From Octopus sinensis (lineage: Eukaryota): 64,000 nucleotides of DNA. Of the stretch, positions 25,144 through 39,354 are shown piece after piece (the first letter of the stretch is position 1; every line of letters starts with the position of its first letter). The notes under the pieces are model-generated. The model was given only the letters and a program-made list of their open reading frames with translations. It searched no databases and was not told the DNA's origin. The stretch is from NCBI RefSeq assembly GCF_006345805.1, contig NC_043006.1, forward strand, positions 101,804,001 to 101,868,000. The letters are read 5' to 3'. The translations under genes were made by a program, and so were the position numbers.

Positions 25144-25475
25144 TACCAAACAAACATGATTTTCATTGAACTCAAAATGCTTTTTTGAGTCCCGTTCTGA
25201 TTACTTTCTTAGATAACTTTCTTGTAAACTGTTTTTAATATTTTCTTATTATTATCAAAGAATCTATATCTGTATTTTGAAACTTTTGTGATAACCAGTA
25301 CTTAACACAACAAAGCTTATTTAAAGCTTTACATTTTACGTTTGACAATCTTTTTCTAAAAAAGTGAAACTGGTCAAGTGAATAAACATCTTTAAAATTG
25401 CATTTTCAAACCTTCTTTCATATATATTTCCACTCGTTATACATACATATATATATGTGTGTGTGTGTACATGTG

Positions 25476-25520
<45 letters not shown>

Positions 25521-25676
25521 GTGTATGTGTATTTATATATATATATTTACATATGTATATATATATTTACATATGTATATATATTTACATATGTATATAT
25601 ATATTTACATATGTATATATAAGTATGTGTATATATATGTGTGTGTATATATATATATATGTGCATGTGTATATGC

Positions 25677-25708
<32 letters not shown>

Positions 25709-26411
25709 ATATAAGTATGTGTGTGTATATATATATATATATATAAATACATATATATATGTGTATATATGTGTATAAATACATATATATATGTGTATAT
25801 ATGTATCATCCTCACATATATATATACAAAGGGGTTTGTATGATTGTGTATAGAAGAATATTCTTTTCAAAGGAATTCCAACTCTGTTTTTCACGTTTTA
25901 TTTATTGTCTTATTGATATAAGATGTAAAATAATATGGTAAAAAGAAACGAAATGAAGTATTAATTGTCTATTCTTATTGAACAAATGAAATATCAAATG
26001 TCCATTCTTATTGACCTAGTATACTTTCTTACATTTATGCAACCTTCAGGTTCTTATTGTTGTAGTGACAGTTGTGTTCATTGGTTTCAACTGTGGTTGA
26101 TTGGTTTAATTTTGTCCTTTGTGGACAGCAGTAGTAGTTGCTTTGCTACTTTTAGAAATGATGCCATACCATTTTTCATTGTTTATTTTTAGAAACAATG
26201 ACAGCAGTACTTTTTAGAGATTTTTAATTTTTAGATATGGGGATAAGACTTTTAAACCTTAAATAAAATTTATTTTTTTATCATTGTTTATTAAGCTTGG
26301 GTTTGAATTTTTTAATAAAGTCCTTTTCTCTCAGTTTTTCTCAATTTCAATTGGATTGTATAGTTTATGTATGTATGTATGTATGTATGTATGTATGTAT
26401 GTATGTATGTA

Positions 26412-26472
<61 letters not shown>

Positions 26473-26557
26473 ATATGGATATGTGTATATATGTATATAT
26501 ATATGTACATATAAATGTATGTATAAATGTGTATATATATATGTATATATGTGTGTG

Positions 26558-26608
<51 letters not shown>

Positions 26609-27633
26609 GTATAAGGGTGAAAAGGAACACACGAGTTGATATATATGAAAAAACAAGTCAAGATAGAAAATGCTAAAATAATTTTATAAAGAACATTTCA
26701 GTACCGGTTTCAGTCATATATACATACACACACATAAGTATATGTGTGTGTGTATAAAGGAGACATTGTTTGATTTTAGACCATATTTTTTTCAATTATC
26801 ATGGATTATGAATTTCGATGATTTTAACATTAGCCTGTTGTCATTTGAGAATGGCTAAAACAAGTGCTTCCAGTGATATTAGATAAATTGACTGTGATAT
26901 TCAGTCATACATTTTAAACACACACACACACACAAAAATATAAATAAACTAGAAAAAGAATATGAATGAGTTAAGAAAACTGTCTTCTGCTGAGAAATTG
27001 TTTCTCTGGATATTGTTAATTATTTAACTGATAACCAGTCGATAGAGGAATAGTTGAAATTCTTTGCATCATCATTTTTTTTTCATGTCTCTCTATTCTG
27101 AACTTATTTCTCATATGAATCTATGAAATAATTCTTTGTAAGACATTAGAGTTGATTAAGATAGCGGCACAGCCTTGTATTGAGGATGCTATTGTCTAGC
27201 TGAAAGAAATTATTTCTAAGAGAAATTTAATGTTTGCTTCTTTTAGGAAATTCTGTAGTGAGAGAAGTCTTGATAAAATAAATGCACAATCCAATCTGGA
27301 TTCTTGATAACTACTCATTCACTCCATCAACAATACTAATAATTTTGTGGAAGTCATCTGCTATACAATCACATTGATAAAATAAGGATTGAAGTGGCTA
27401 AAATCTCTGAACATGGTGCTCCAGCATGGCCTCAGTTCAATAACTGAAGCCGGTAAATAAGTATATTAATCAAAATATATAACCTAGAGAGGCTATAAAA
27501 GCACCGCAAGAGGTACAACTCTCTCTCCATCTTTATTTCCCATTGGAAACATCAGCTAATCTCAAGAGTGTCAGCATTGGTACTCTCTTTCACATTACCA
27601 ATTTCTCCCCCACCCTCCATATATATATATATA

Positions 27634-28172
27634 CAGGGTGCAATGGGTAAATAGTTGCCATTTTATATTTCTAATTTCACACATGTGCATTGTTTTTGAT
27701 TTTGTTGACTACACAGTATAGTAGGGTCAGCTGGGCACTGTCTGTGAGAAGAACACCACCTTGATGCAATTCACTTTGCCAAAAATTTGGAAATGACATG
27801 CTGTACAGCTTGGCATTCATGCTGGAAGCTCCAATGCGAACATTTCACAGCGCAATCTGAGGGCATGCACTGAAAGTGATAAAAATCAAACATCCAGTCA
27901 ACATCATGGTGTTTGGAGTGATCACTATTGATGGTGACATTCTGCCTCCATTGATTTTCCCACACAGTTTCAGACTCAACATGAAGGCCTACATCAAGTA
28001 CCAGGAGGAGATAGTACTGCCCTGAGTCAAGAGGGTGACTTCTGGAAAACCCTATGTCTGGCAACAGGACACTACACCATGCCGCACAAGCTGGAGAACC
28101 TAGTCATGGCAGTTAGACAATTTCTGCAACGACATCACCCCTAACATCTGGTCACCTAACTCCCCAGACTGT
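27634..28172 (+). pseudogene. Internally deleted, 3'-truncated Tc1/mariner transposase remnant (maT/DD37D-like)
   Basis: TA-cagggtgc left end. 27876-28172 translates KHPVNIMVFGVIT...KPYVWQQDTTPCRT...WSPNSPDC with in-frame stops. Confidence 0.85.
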
Positions 28173-28240
28173 GTATGTAATTTAATGGTATAATTTAATT
28201 TTTCAGTATTGAATAGATAAAAGGTGGGGTTTTTTCTAAG

Positions 28241-28285
<45 letters not shown>

Positions 28286-28374
28286 TTTGTGAAATTTGAT
28301 TTAGTATTTTTAAATTGAATTTTTCCCTGTAAGTTTGGAATAATATTCCCTCATATCATTATGATATATATATA

Positions 28375-28600
28375 TATTTCTTTACTGCCCACAAGGGGCT
28401 AAACACAGAGGGGACAAACAAGGACAGACAAACGGATTAAGTCAATTACATCAACCCAGTGCGAAACTGGTACTTTATTTATCGACCCCGAGAGGATGAA
28501 AGGCAAAGTCGACCTCGGCGGAATTTGAACTCAGAATGTAACGACAGACGAAATACGGCTACGCATTTCGCCCGCCGCGCTAACGTTTCTGCCAGTTCGC
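28375..28600 (-). mobile_element. Family-G SINE, young subtype with alternative 3' end
   Basis: CpG-rich copy (aaagtcgacctcggcggaatttgaactc). Tail gtttgtcccctctg is shared with the 33955 copy. Confidence 0.88.
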
Positions 28601-28699
28601 ACATGTATGTATGTATTTATGTACGTATGTATGTATAGGTACATGTATACATGTATAGATATAAGTATATATGTATAGATATATGTATGTATTACTTAT

Positions 28700-28740
<41 letters not shown>

Positions 28741-28759
28741 TATGTATGTATGTGTGTAA

Positions 28760-28885
28760 GGGCATATGGTGTAGTCTTTAGGATGTTGCACTCACAATCA
28801 CAAGACTGTGGTTTCAGGTCGTGGACCAGGTACTGTGTTGCATTCTTGAGCAAGACACTTCATTTCACCTTGCTTTGTGATTGCC
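28760..28885 (+). mobile_element. C/D-type SINE head fragment
   Basis: ttcttgagcaagacacttcatttcaccttgct. Confidence 0.6.
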
Positions 28886-29251
28886 ATTACATCACACACA
28901 CATCTGTGTGTGTGTGTGTGTTTATCTAACCAAATCATCCTTATTTTTATGCCTGCTTTTCTTTGCTGATAAAGATTAGATAACATTCTTTTGAGGCAAT
29001 GTTTTACAATCGAATGCCCTTTCTGCTGCTAATTCTTTTAGTCACCTGTGACAACGTGAAGGGATGCATGTATCTATTTGAAAAACCAGAATACATATGC
29101 TGTGTGTATTTTTGTGTGTGAGATACATAATATAATTTTCTTTTTGTTCTTTTTTTGTTTCAATGATTTCATTTTCATGGAATTTTACATATTGTATCAT
29201 TAGTGAGTTGAACCATTACAAGCATATTATCTGGTCTCTATGTTTGAAATA

Positions 29252-29642
29252 GTGGAGGCGCAATGGCCCAGTGGTTAGGGCAGCGGACTCGCGGTCGTAG
29301 GATCGCGGTTTCGATTCCCAGACCGGGCGTTATAAGTGTGTGTTTATTGAGCAAAAACACCTAAAGCTCCATGAGGCTCTGGCAGGGAATGGTGGTGATC
29401 CCTGCTGTACTCTTTCACCACAACTTTCTCTCACTCTTACTTCCTGTTTCTGTTGTACCTGTATTTCAAAGGGCCGGCCTTGTCACTCTCTGTGTCACGC
29501 TGAATATCCCCAAGAACTACGTTAAGGGTACACGTGTCTGTGGAGTGCTCAGCCACTTACGCGTTAATTTCATGAGCAGGCTGTTCCGTTGGTCGGATCA
29601 ACCGGAACCCTCATCGTCGTAACCGACGGAGTGCTTCCATCC
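29252..29642 (+). mobile_element. Family-B SINE, full length
   Basis: TSD atgtttgaaata at 29240-29251 and 29643-29654. Confidence 0.93.
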
Positions 29643-31936
29643 ATGTTTGAAATAAATATTCTCAACAAAAATCTTACAGACTGTAATGTCTTTTATGTTA
29701 TACAATCCATCAACAGCATTTTGCTACCTTAACTGAGTTGGTTGGTTTAAAGGAACTAAAGAATCAATTGACTTTTGTCACTTTGGCCAAGTTATTCAGC
29801 TCATATTCGGTGTTTCTATTTACACATTTTCCCAATCACTATATCCTCTCACAATCTTTAGATGCAATAAACACACATGTATGTGTGTGTAAATGTATGG
29901 ATGAATATGAGTAATATTATGGCTCCTAAAGATGCTTGGAGAAGATATTGATTAAAATGTAGTATAAATTGAAAGCAAAAAAAAAAAAAGCACAAGAAAA
30001 AGAAAAAGAGGAGGTTAATAGTCCAATCAATGCTTAGTATGCTATTAATAACTTGTCTTAGAAATACAGACATATAAGGTTAATTTAGTCTTAGAAATTG
30101 TTCAGTTTGCAAATTATCGTCTAATTTTTGAGATTTGTTTTTATTATTAAGATAAAACTGTGAGAATTGATTGTCAATTCTAATTTTCTCATCAAGTTTT
30201 GTTATTAATTGGATATTAATATTGATTATGTTATTTCTTTGACAATAAGTATTTTAATGAAGTTATAGCAGTACAGTAGTTGTCTGACTTTTTTTGTTTG
30301 TTTAGTTGTATATGTTTGTGCTTTTTCAGAAATTATTTTTTAAGAACAATTTTTTTAAATTTTGTATTAGTTTTTATCTATATAAATATAACATATATAT
30401 ATTCTTTCTGTCATTCTGTCTTTGCTGTATTATGTCTGTACATTCATAACATTTATATAAATTCTAGATTATTTATATGGCAGAGCAGTAATTTCTTGGC
30501 AATCTAGTTTTGAATATTACTTGGAACGGTTTTCTTTCACTGATATTGTTAGTATGCTTGGAAAAACACGAGCTTCCCCTCTGGTAAGAACTCTATAGAG
30601 CTGATAACAAACAGATATCTCATTTGATTTTTGGCATGTTTTTATCTCACTTATGTTGATATAACTTTTTTCAGATATAAGAAAAATATTCAGTATTTTC
30701 ATTGTTGGTTGTATTCCTACTGTGTTTAGGAAATACTTGACTGCAGTGATTTAACTCATAAATTTCTGCTGTATTTTCTCTATGTAAATCTTTCAGTTAG
30801 AAACCAGAGATTTTGATGAAAAATGCCATCAGTCTAGTAGAAAAATCATAGAAATATATCTATTGCATGAATTTGAATGGAAGATGGTGAGAGGATGTCA
30901 TGATTGTTGGTGTACCTTATGAATATTGAGTTTTACCTGTTGTCACAGTTAGTGCCACTTGCCTAAGTTGGTTGATAGCAGGTTAATTACAAGTTGACGT
31001 TTTCACAAATATGTACAAGATAACAATTCCTGAGTATCTGTTTCCTGTCTCAGAGATGAAATTGTGCTCCAGTCATCTCTATAAGTTGGAAGCTGCACAA
31101 CACCTATCAGAAATCACATTCTGGGATATGTCTTCATCTTCCCCATTGGTGCAGACTTTGTGGTCTCATTGCGCATTCTTACAAAAGTTTCTTCAGGGAA
31201 AAGTTGAAGAAAATATATGAAAAACAAAGATTGGTGGCACATCCATCAGTAAAACTATGTCTAAATAATATATATTCACCTAACTCATGTTGTCATGGAG
31301 AAACAGATGTAAATACATGAACAAATGGAATAAAGTGTGTTTTGGGATACTGGATTTTATTCATGTGTGTGTATGTAAAACAAAGTGCTTGACATAGTTA
31401 TGGGATATGATTTAGAACACTGTGTATATGTGTTTAATGTGAAAGGCTTCTAAGATCACTTTGTTCAGATATCTAGACACAAGAATGAAGCCATGGTACA
31501 AAACTAACAACAGCACTAAACATATATATATATATATACATGTGCATAAAGGGTAGAGTATATGTGGGTATTTAGAAGCAAAATGTACAAGTTGATGACT
31601 TATTGTTGAAAATTTCAATCTGATACAACCGTTTTGTTTTAATTCTTGATAGGTCTCTTTATTCTAAGTTATTTTAATTTACATAATTAGGAAGATATAT
31701 CAAGTCTTTTTTTTATCTTTTTTTTTTTGATTGGCCAGACACTCTCATCAAAACAGGACACTTCATTTCATTTACCAAATCAGTCAATTCATAAATACTT
31801 ACTTCATCTCTGAGTCTCTCTACCACCCTTCTCTCTCTTGCTCTCTCTCCATACACACACACACACACACACACACTTATATATATATGTGTGTGTGTGT
31901 GTATATATATATATGTGTGTGTGTCTATATCATACA

Positions 31937-32255
31937 TGAAGGCTCATGGCTTGGTGGTTACAGTATTTGGTTCACAATTGTAATGTAAGGTCATGAGTTC
32001 GATATCTGGCTGCACATTGTGTCCCTGAACCTGTTGCTCCAGTCCACTCAGCTGACAAAAATGTTTTGTATTTGTACTTCAATGAGTTGACTTTGTCCCA
32101 TTCTGTGTCAGGTTCAATCTCCCTGAAAACCACATTAAAGGTATGCATGTTTGTGGAGTGCTCTGCCACTTGCACGTAAATTTTATGAGCAAGCTGTTCT
32201 GTTGATCAGATCAACTGGAACACTCATCATCATAACCAACAGAATAGAGTGCCAT
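31937..32255 (+). mobile_element. Family-D SINE (diverged)
   Basis: ttgctccagtccactcagctgacaaaaatg...gtggagtgctctgccacttgcacg...agagtgcca. Confidence 0.8.
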
Positions 32256-32267
32256 AGAGTAGATGTT

Positions 32268-32298
<31 letters not shown>

Positions 32299-33769
32299 TT
32301 ATACACACACACACACGCACAAATATGTATGTTTGCAACACAGTATTATTGTAATAACTATAGCATTATCTAGACATCACCTCACTACCTTCTCCGAACC
32401 TATATCCTCCAACATACAATGTAAATGTTCAAAACTTAAATTGTAGAAGCTGCAGAACTTGTAAACATTGTAAAAGCATACATGTGTGAATTTAATACGA
32501 TATTATACACACAACATGAATGGGGGTTTTATTGTGTTTTTTTTTTTCGAAGCTTCATCTTTACTGACAGTTGCTAAAGAGATGAAGAAGCAAATAACAA
32601 AAGTGTAATTGCAATCCAACTTTAACCATTATTTTTTCCTTGTTCGTTTTTTTCCTCTACTTCTCATTTTATTATTTCTGTCTTCATCTGTATCTTTTAC
32701 TCTGTAGATGTAATGCCTTACAAATGAAGATGCATTCACATCCATCCCTCATTTTTAATTAGTTGTTTAGTTTCCATCAATATTTTCCCCTCTTATTGTA
32801 TTGTATTTTTGTATACTTTGGATTTTCTTTCTTTTTTTTTTTTTTTTACCAGTTAGGTCTTTGCAGACATTTGACTTCTTCTGATTAAAATACCAATGGA
32901 ATGGTTATGACAGAATACTAATTTGAGGTTCTTTTCCAAAGATAAAAACCACTCATTCACTTAGTCAGTCATCTCATTTTTAATATCTTAACTGAAACTG
33001 CAATATAATTCACTATTAAATTACTTTTATTATTTTATATTACATCTAACATTTGTGGTTATCTTGAAAACATTTTCTTTTTACACTAATTACCTCACAC
33101 CTTTCTGCATCAGCAATGAAAGTGTCCTTTTATTTGTAAACTATATGATTTTATTATACCCTTTAGTAAAGAAGTTCTTTCTGAACCATTAAAGATACAC
33201 ACACACACACACACATATATGTTTTGTCTTCAGTATTTTAACTGTTGAGTAATCAACCATGTCTTCTATGGCTGTTTTATGTGCTATTGCCTTTTGTTTG
33301 TTTATTTATTGTTGAAGTGGTATTTATTCAGTTTTTAATTAAAGCATCTATTATACTCAGTTCACTAGAAACACATAGTGTGTATATATATATATGTATA
33401 TATATATATATGCATATGTGCATATGTATATATGTATGTTTGTGTGTTTATGTAAAATATATCAAACGCTATCTCTTAATCTGTTGTCTAGCACATTATA
33501 ATGGTCCATTGCTTTTGGCATTATATGTTAATGTAAATCACAGGGTTGGTAGAATTGCTGCAGCAGACGGTGATGAAGAATTGAGCCAAGATGCATTAAT
33601 TTGTGATTCTAGTTTCACAATTGACTGAGAGCGGGGGATAAATTTGTTTTGCTTTTCATACAGCTGGTACTGTTAACATAAATACTGACAATATGTTAAT
33701 GACTGAATTAATTGAGTGCACATCATTCTTACCAAAATACTTTGTTGCACATCATTTATTACCATTGCA

Positions 33770-33940
33770 TTTCCCTTTTCAATGACTGCCGGTGCTGTTT
33801 CCATTGAGCCAGGTCTACAAGACATTTGCTCTCTTTATGTCCTGCATCAATATTTTCTTACCTTTAAAAACGTTGTTACAAAACTTGACATCACCAAAAC
33901 CTTCAACAGTGCCTGGCATAGGAGCGCTTTAGCTGAGTAG
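33770..33940 (+). pseudogene. Degenerate non-LTR (LINE) reverse transcriptase fragment
   Basis: KLDITKTFNSAWHRSAL resembles the RT motif LD(I/F)SKAFD.VWH..L. Confidence 0.5.
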
Positions 33941-33954
33941 TTCATGGGCAGTAG

Positions 33955-34130
33955 TTCGCGGTATTTCGTCTGCGTTACGTTGTGAGTTCAAATTCCGCCG
34001 AGGTCGACTTTGCCTTTCATCCTTTCGGGGTCGATAAATTAAGTACCAGTTACGCACTGGGGTCGATGTAATCGACTTACTACCTATGTCTGTCCTTGTT
34101 TGTCCCCTCTGGGTAATAAAGAAATAGGTA
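33955..34130 (+). mobile_element. 5'-truncated family-G SINE, young subtype
   Basis: gagttcaaattccgccgaggtcgactttgcctttcatcctttcggggtcg. Confidence 0.85.
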
Positions 34131-35116
34131 TTTCTTAACAGTAATAGAAGCAAAGCAAAGAGGGCCCTACAATTATTTATTGCCAGCTAGTCACAGCAGA
34201 TTAGCATTGGGTCCCTAGATCCATGAGTCACCTTGGGTAAGTACCCAGTCTGTTCATGACCAGTACTGGAAACTGCACTAGTCATGCAGACTACATTTCT
34301 TTGGCTGACAAATAATTTTAAGAAAGTATAAAATTAAACTAATTATTATGTACTTACTGGGTTTTTTTGGGGTTTTTTTTTGTGTGTGTGTGTATTTTTG
34401 TAGGAAATTACTTCCACGATTACTTTCAGCCACATACAGTCATGTATATTTATATTCAGTCATCTATATATGCATGTAGGCCTCAATATCTACATATAGA
34501 TAAATAAAATCTTAGATTATAGATTGATTCATGTAATGCATGTTATTGTGCTTTCCCTAGCTGTCAGGAGGAATTATTGCCTATGATAGACTGTCCAATG
34601 AGAGCTTTATCTCTTATCTAATATCATGAAACCAGAGCTAAACTTTCACTCCGAGTAAAAAGTCTTTGAAGCACCTATAAACCATCTCTCTCTCTTTCCA
34701 TTTTATTTTAGTTATTTCTCCGTTGATATGTAAATAAAAATAACTAGAAGACTATATTCACTCTTTTATTCTCAGTTATTGAACCACAGCCATGATGGGG
34801 CACTATCTTTCAAGTTTTTATCCAATACTTACTGTAGTCTGGTATATTATCCATCTCTATCTGCAAAGTTGTAAAACATAAAGGGATTCAGCATAAACCT
34901 AACCCCATTTTTTAATATTAACTGGTGTTCATATAAACACTCATACATACAGATGTACACACCCATACATAAACATGTATGCACTCACACATGCATTAGA
35001 TGCGACATATGCAGTGAAACGTGGTTTGTACATAGCTGTTAAAAATGGAACAACATAGTGTGTCATGTATATTGGTATGTGTTGGTACATTGGAGTGTAT
35101 GTGTGAATGTATGTAG

Positions 35117-36160
35117 TTAGGGGAAAGCAAGTTCATTGCTTAATCCAGGTGGTTGTGTTGTTCTGAGGTGGAGAATAAGTTGTTTACATTGTAACCCGGA
35201 ACTGTGATGAGGGATAATATTGAAGATGGAGAGGTGCAAAGAAATAGGTAAAGTGAATGAATGTGGCAGGTTGCTAGTGATCCAGCATTGTAATGTTGGA
35301 CATCCTGAAGGTATTCATGAAACCTGTTGACTAGATATCTACTTACAGCTGATCACATGGTCAGCATTTGGTGCAATAAATGAGATTCCTGGTAGTACAC
35401 ATAAATTGGTCCATGGCATGGAAGGAGGAGTTGTTAGGTGCTGTGAGGATGGTAGGTGCCGGAGGAATATACACCGTTAATGGAGGACAAGCAAAAGATG
35501 GATCTGCATTTGGTGTGTGGGAGGTTGGGGGGAGTTGAGAATCAGTAAGTGATGCAGATTGCTAGTACATCTACAGGAGGGGAGTGAGTGAGGAGGTGAG
35601 AATTGGAAGATCCAGCACTGACATATATTGTTCACTGGAAAGGTGATGTGATGACTGTAAGTGAAGGGAAAGTATGCAGTTGATGGTGGATGAGACACTG
35701 GACAAGATGTGGTCAGTGTGAGGGAGCTGATGTGGGCAGTGTTGACTACAGTTTAGCATATTGGACAACATGATGCACAATATATTGAGAGTGAATTTTA
35801 TAGTTAGGGTCATGGCTGCAGAGGTGAAGACATTGGGATTAGGTCTAGCAAGTTTGTTAAAAGTGGAACAGGATTGGATGATGTAAAATCAAGGTAGCCG
35901 GAGGAGTCGGTGATTTCGAGGAAAACTGAAAAGGCAACAGTAAAATTGGGTGGTGAATGGAAATGTTTAGGAAGGTGACCGAAGTTGGAGAGATGGTGTA
36001 AGTGAGTTATTAGGTGGGGTAAGAAAAAGTTGACAAAGGTGATGAGGAAAATGAAACAAGAGTGAGTTTGATGGTGCCAATATAATGACCATATAAATTT
36101 GGACCAAATTCAGTGAACTGAGAGAAGATATGGATCTCAGCATTACCGACTCACAAGTCA
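35117..36160 (-). pseudogene. Degenerate Penelope-like element: RT thumb plus GIY-YIG
   Basis: Minus-strand fragments TSVTFLNISI, TDSSGYLDFTSSNP, NLIYCTKC, NRFHEYLQD and LILHLRTTQPPGLSNELAFP*, in PLE order, with frameshifts. Confidence 0.7.
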
Positions 36161-37764
36161 ACATAGCTGGAGCTCATCCTGATTTCCATGGCAACCTCTA
36201 GTACTTTCATTGATCCTTTTTGTTTTTTTACCATGTGGAAGTAATTAGTGGCCTTTAAATGGCAATCATTTGCAATTTAAGCAGATGCTGAGGCCCTGTG
36301 CAAACATGACTTATATACAAAACTAAATGCATAAAAATGAGTAAAAATATTCCAAAATGAAATTAGTTTTTACTATTAATAACTCAGGAAATCATTTTTT
36401 TTTCTTCATTCCTGGTAAGCAAATTTCAACTCTATCTTCTATTTTTCTAGTTCTTGTCTTTCTCATTTGCCATTACTGCTAATTTACCCAACATTTTGTG
36501 CTCTACATGACCTTAGCCTTTCTATTATTTTTTTACAACTATTTTCAAATAATTAAAGAGGATCAAAAAAAGAGAGAGTGAGAGGAAGAGAGTAAGCAGG
36601 TATGTTACCTGCCGGGGCTCTGACAACTATCTAATTGGATTCTAACATACTGCAATGTCACAGACTCAGTACTTCATATACATATGCAAACACACATGTA
36701 AATAATGAGCGGAACATGCTTGTTTTTCTCTTTTTTTTATGAAATTGTGTTAAAGGTCAGGTTTGGGTCAATACTCTGATTTGATTGGTTAATCATTGAT
36801 CAGATTGTTCTTTCTTCCTTTTCTCTTTTTCCTTTAATATATTTTTTTTCAATTTTAACATTTCAACAATATCAAGAACTAATTAATTCTTGATATTCTC
36901 AAAAGCATCTTTTACATTTCACATTACTTTATTTCTGAACATTAATACTTACATTCCAGCCTTCACACACATATATACGTATGCACGTGCATCCATGCAC
37001 GCACGCACGCACACACACTTATACATTTATTGTCGTTGTTACTATAATGTCTTGTCATACTTCTTACTTCTTATGGTTCCGAAGTTTTATAATTTAGCAT
37101 ATTTCCAAAAGTTCACACCAAGTTTTAGTCTCAAGAGACTCAAGCTATAAAGTTCAGAATAAATAATATGTAATTATATATAATTTAAAACATAATTATT
37201 AATTTTAATGACAGGCATGAAATGTTGATACTAAATGGAGGAAAATTAAAGTCTTTATATTCTGAGATTCTTTTTCATTCTTATGTCTAAATAATTTGCT
37301 TTCCTCATGATCAGTTGAAAAGTTAAAGATCTGAGTAATGCAGGAATATTTGGGATAAGAGAAATAGAAATAAAGAAATCAGACTGGTGACTTCCTATGC
37401 TGTACAAAACCGAAATGTATCTTTTAAAATTCAAGGAAAAACCTGAAGAGATTTCACTTGATTGTCACTTTACTGGGTTTTGTTTTTTCAGTGGCACCAC
37501 CTTGAGGCAGTTTTCAGTTTAGATTCTTCTCATTTAGATCTTTTAAGAAATCTGAAATATATTAAATTGTCATTTAAAATAACATATATATAATGATTTG
37601 AATACAATATCAGTTATTAATCCACCTCCAATTTGACCAGTTTTTGCCTAATAAGATTTCTCTTTTTATGGCATCAATCTTGTGGTGACTTTCACTATTA
37701 GATTCCTCACCAAAAATTCAGTCTATTTCAACATCTTTTTGTAGTTTAGTTACTGCAGACATTC

Positions 37765-37973
37765 ACATTAGTCTCTCAAATGTAATGCTTGTTTCTTCAC
37801 ATAGTTTTGAATTAATCATGCATTATCTCATAACTTTGAGATTTAATGATGTAATTGTGTACTTTTAGAATGTTATTGTACTGTAGGTGTGAGAGACCAG
37901 ATATGGCCACTTTCAACATAAAACCAGTAGAATATTTGGGCTTGATACGACTGGTTTAAATGCTAAAGAGTTA
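37765..37973. mobile_element. Degenerate MITE P1
   Basis: Body matches P1 and ends aaatgctaaagagttaa. Confidence 0.7.
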
Positions 37974-38601
37974 ATGGTGTGTGTCTTTCTTCTTCCCTGG
38001 GCTTTGTGTGAAGGGACAGAATGCAAGAAATTAGTTTTGAATATAAGCAGAGTTTAACCAAGCTACTTTGAACAGCAAAATCTAATATGATAATAAGCTA
38101 CTGAAGAATCAATGATCGGATTTGCTGCAATGTCATGACACAGATGGAAGGTTATCAGTAATGGTAGATTTATTGAGGAGATTACGTATTTTATATTCAG
38201 TCAATAGCAGCAATGCTCTGAGGTTGATTAACATAATAATTATGATAACAATACTCCATTCAAAGACGTATTTAGGTTTTGTAAAGTGTCATTAGTATTC
38301 TTGAGGTTAAACATTTCCAGTACTTTAAAGAAATCTACTTTACTTTGAGAAAATTTGACATTATTGACAGTGAAGTATCTCAGAGACAATGCTTAGAATT
38401 GTGAGTATTAATGTGTGTTACATGAGTAAACCTTTTTATTTTGGTTGTTGCCAATGCCTTAAGGCATGAGCACACTGGACAGTTGCCCAATGGCCTTATG
38501 AGTCTTGGGGAGTTCCAGTGTATGTATGTTGTTGCATGCTGTCATTAAATTAATTCTATAGGGTCCAGTGCTCTGATTTTCCCAGGGACTTATAATGTTG
38601 C

Positions 38602-38760
38602 TGGAGTGAATGTGAAATAAAGTGTCTTGCTCAAGGACACAACATGCCACCAGGAACTGAACTCATGACATGCTACTTGCATGTTAAATCTACTTGCAGG
38701 TTCTTTCATTGATTGGATCAACTGGAACTATTGTCATCATAATTGACAGAGTGCCATTAG
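38602..38760. mobile_element. Family-D SINE with 5' inversion
   Basis: 38602-38669 is antisense head/centre and 38670-38760 is sense 3' end. TSD ttataatgttgc at 38590-38601 and 38761-38772. Confidence 0.85.
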
Positions 38761-39354
38761 TTATAATGTTGCAAGGACGGCCCTGGATGTTGCCCGTAAA
38801 ATTACAGATGGTATCAATTCTTTTTGAAAACAAATTTACATTTTTTTTACTGCCAGATATTCATTGAGTGATTTGGCTGGTTTGATGGCATTTGCTGATA
38901 TGGGTAACAGTATTATACTGAAAAATTGCATAATTTGTTTGATTGGCTTTAATGGAATATATCAATGAGATGTAAACTATTTATAGTAAGTATGTCAAAA
39001 GGATTTCATTTGAATTGTGTAGACAAAATTCATTGGTGAGACAAGGCTCCAGACACTGACCACTTCAGTTGCATAATATTGCCTAGCATCTACACTCTTG
39101 CCTGCGGACCCCCAACTGTACTGGTCTACTTAGAGTTCCTGAATGCATGACAAATAACTTTCAAAGCAACTAATCTTTACTGGCTTGGTAGAAGGGAAAG
39201 CTTTCAGTTAGTAGGTAGAGCAAATACCATGAGGTCAATCACAATGACTTCAGCATCAGTTCATCATCATAAAGGAGCCTTGCTGCTGAATGATCCATCT
39301 TGTACAGGTCCTTACGTAAAGATGCCAAAGTATATATATATATATATATATATA

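Noticed and set aside
26610-26718. Hammerhead 3' half gaaaccggta on the minus strand
   Set aside because: The 5' core is missing because it is truncated by a microsatellite.
29252-29330. tRNA gene
   Set aside because: This is the tRNA-derived head of SINE B, with no complete cloverleaf and a TSD-flanked body.
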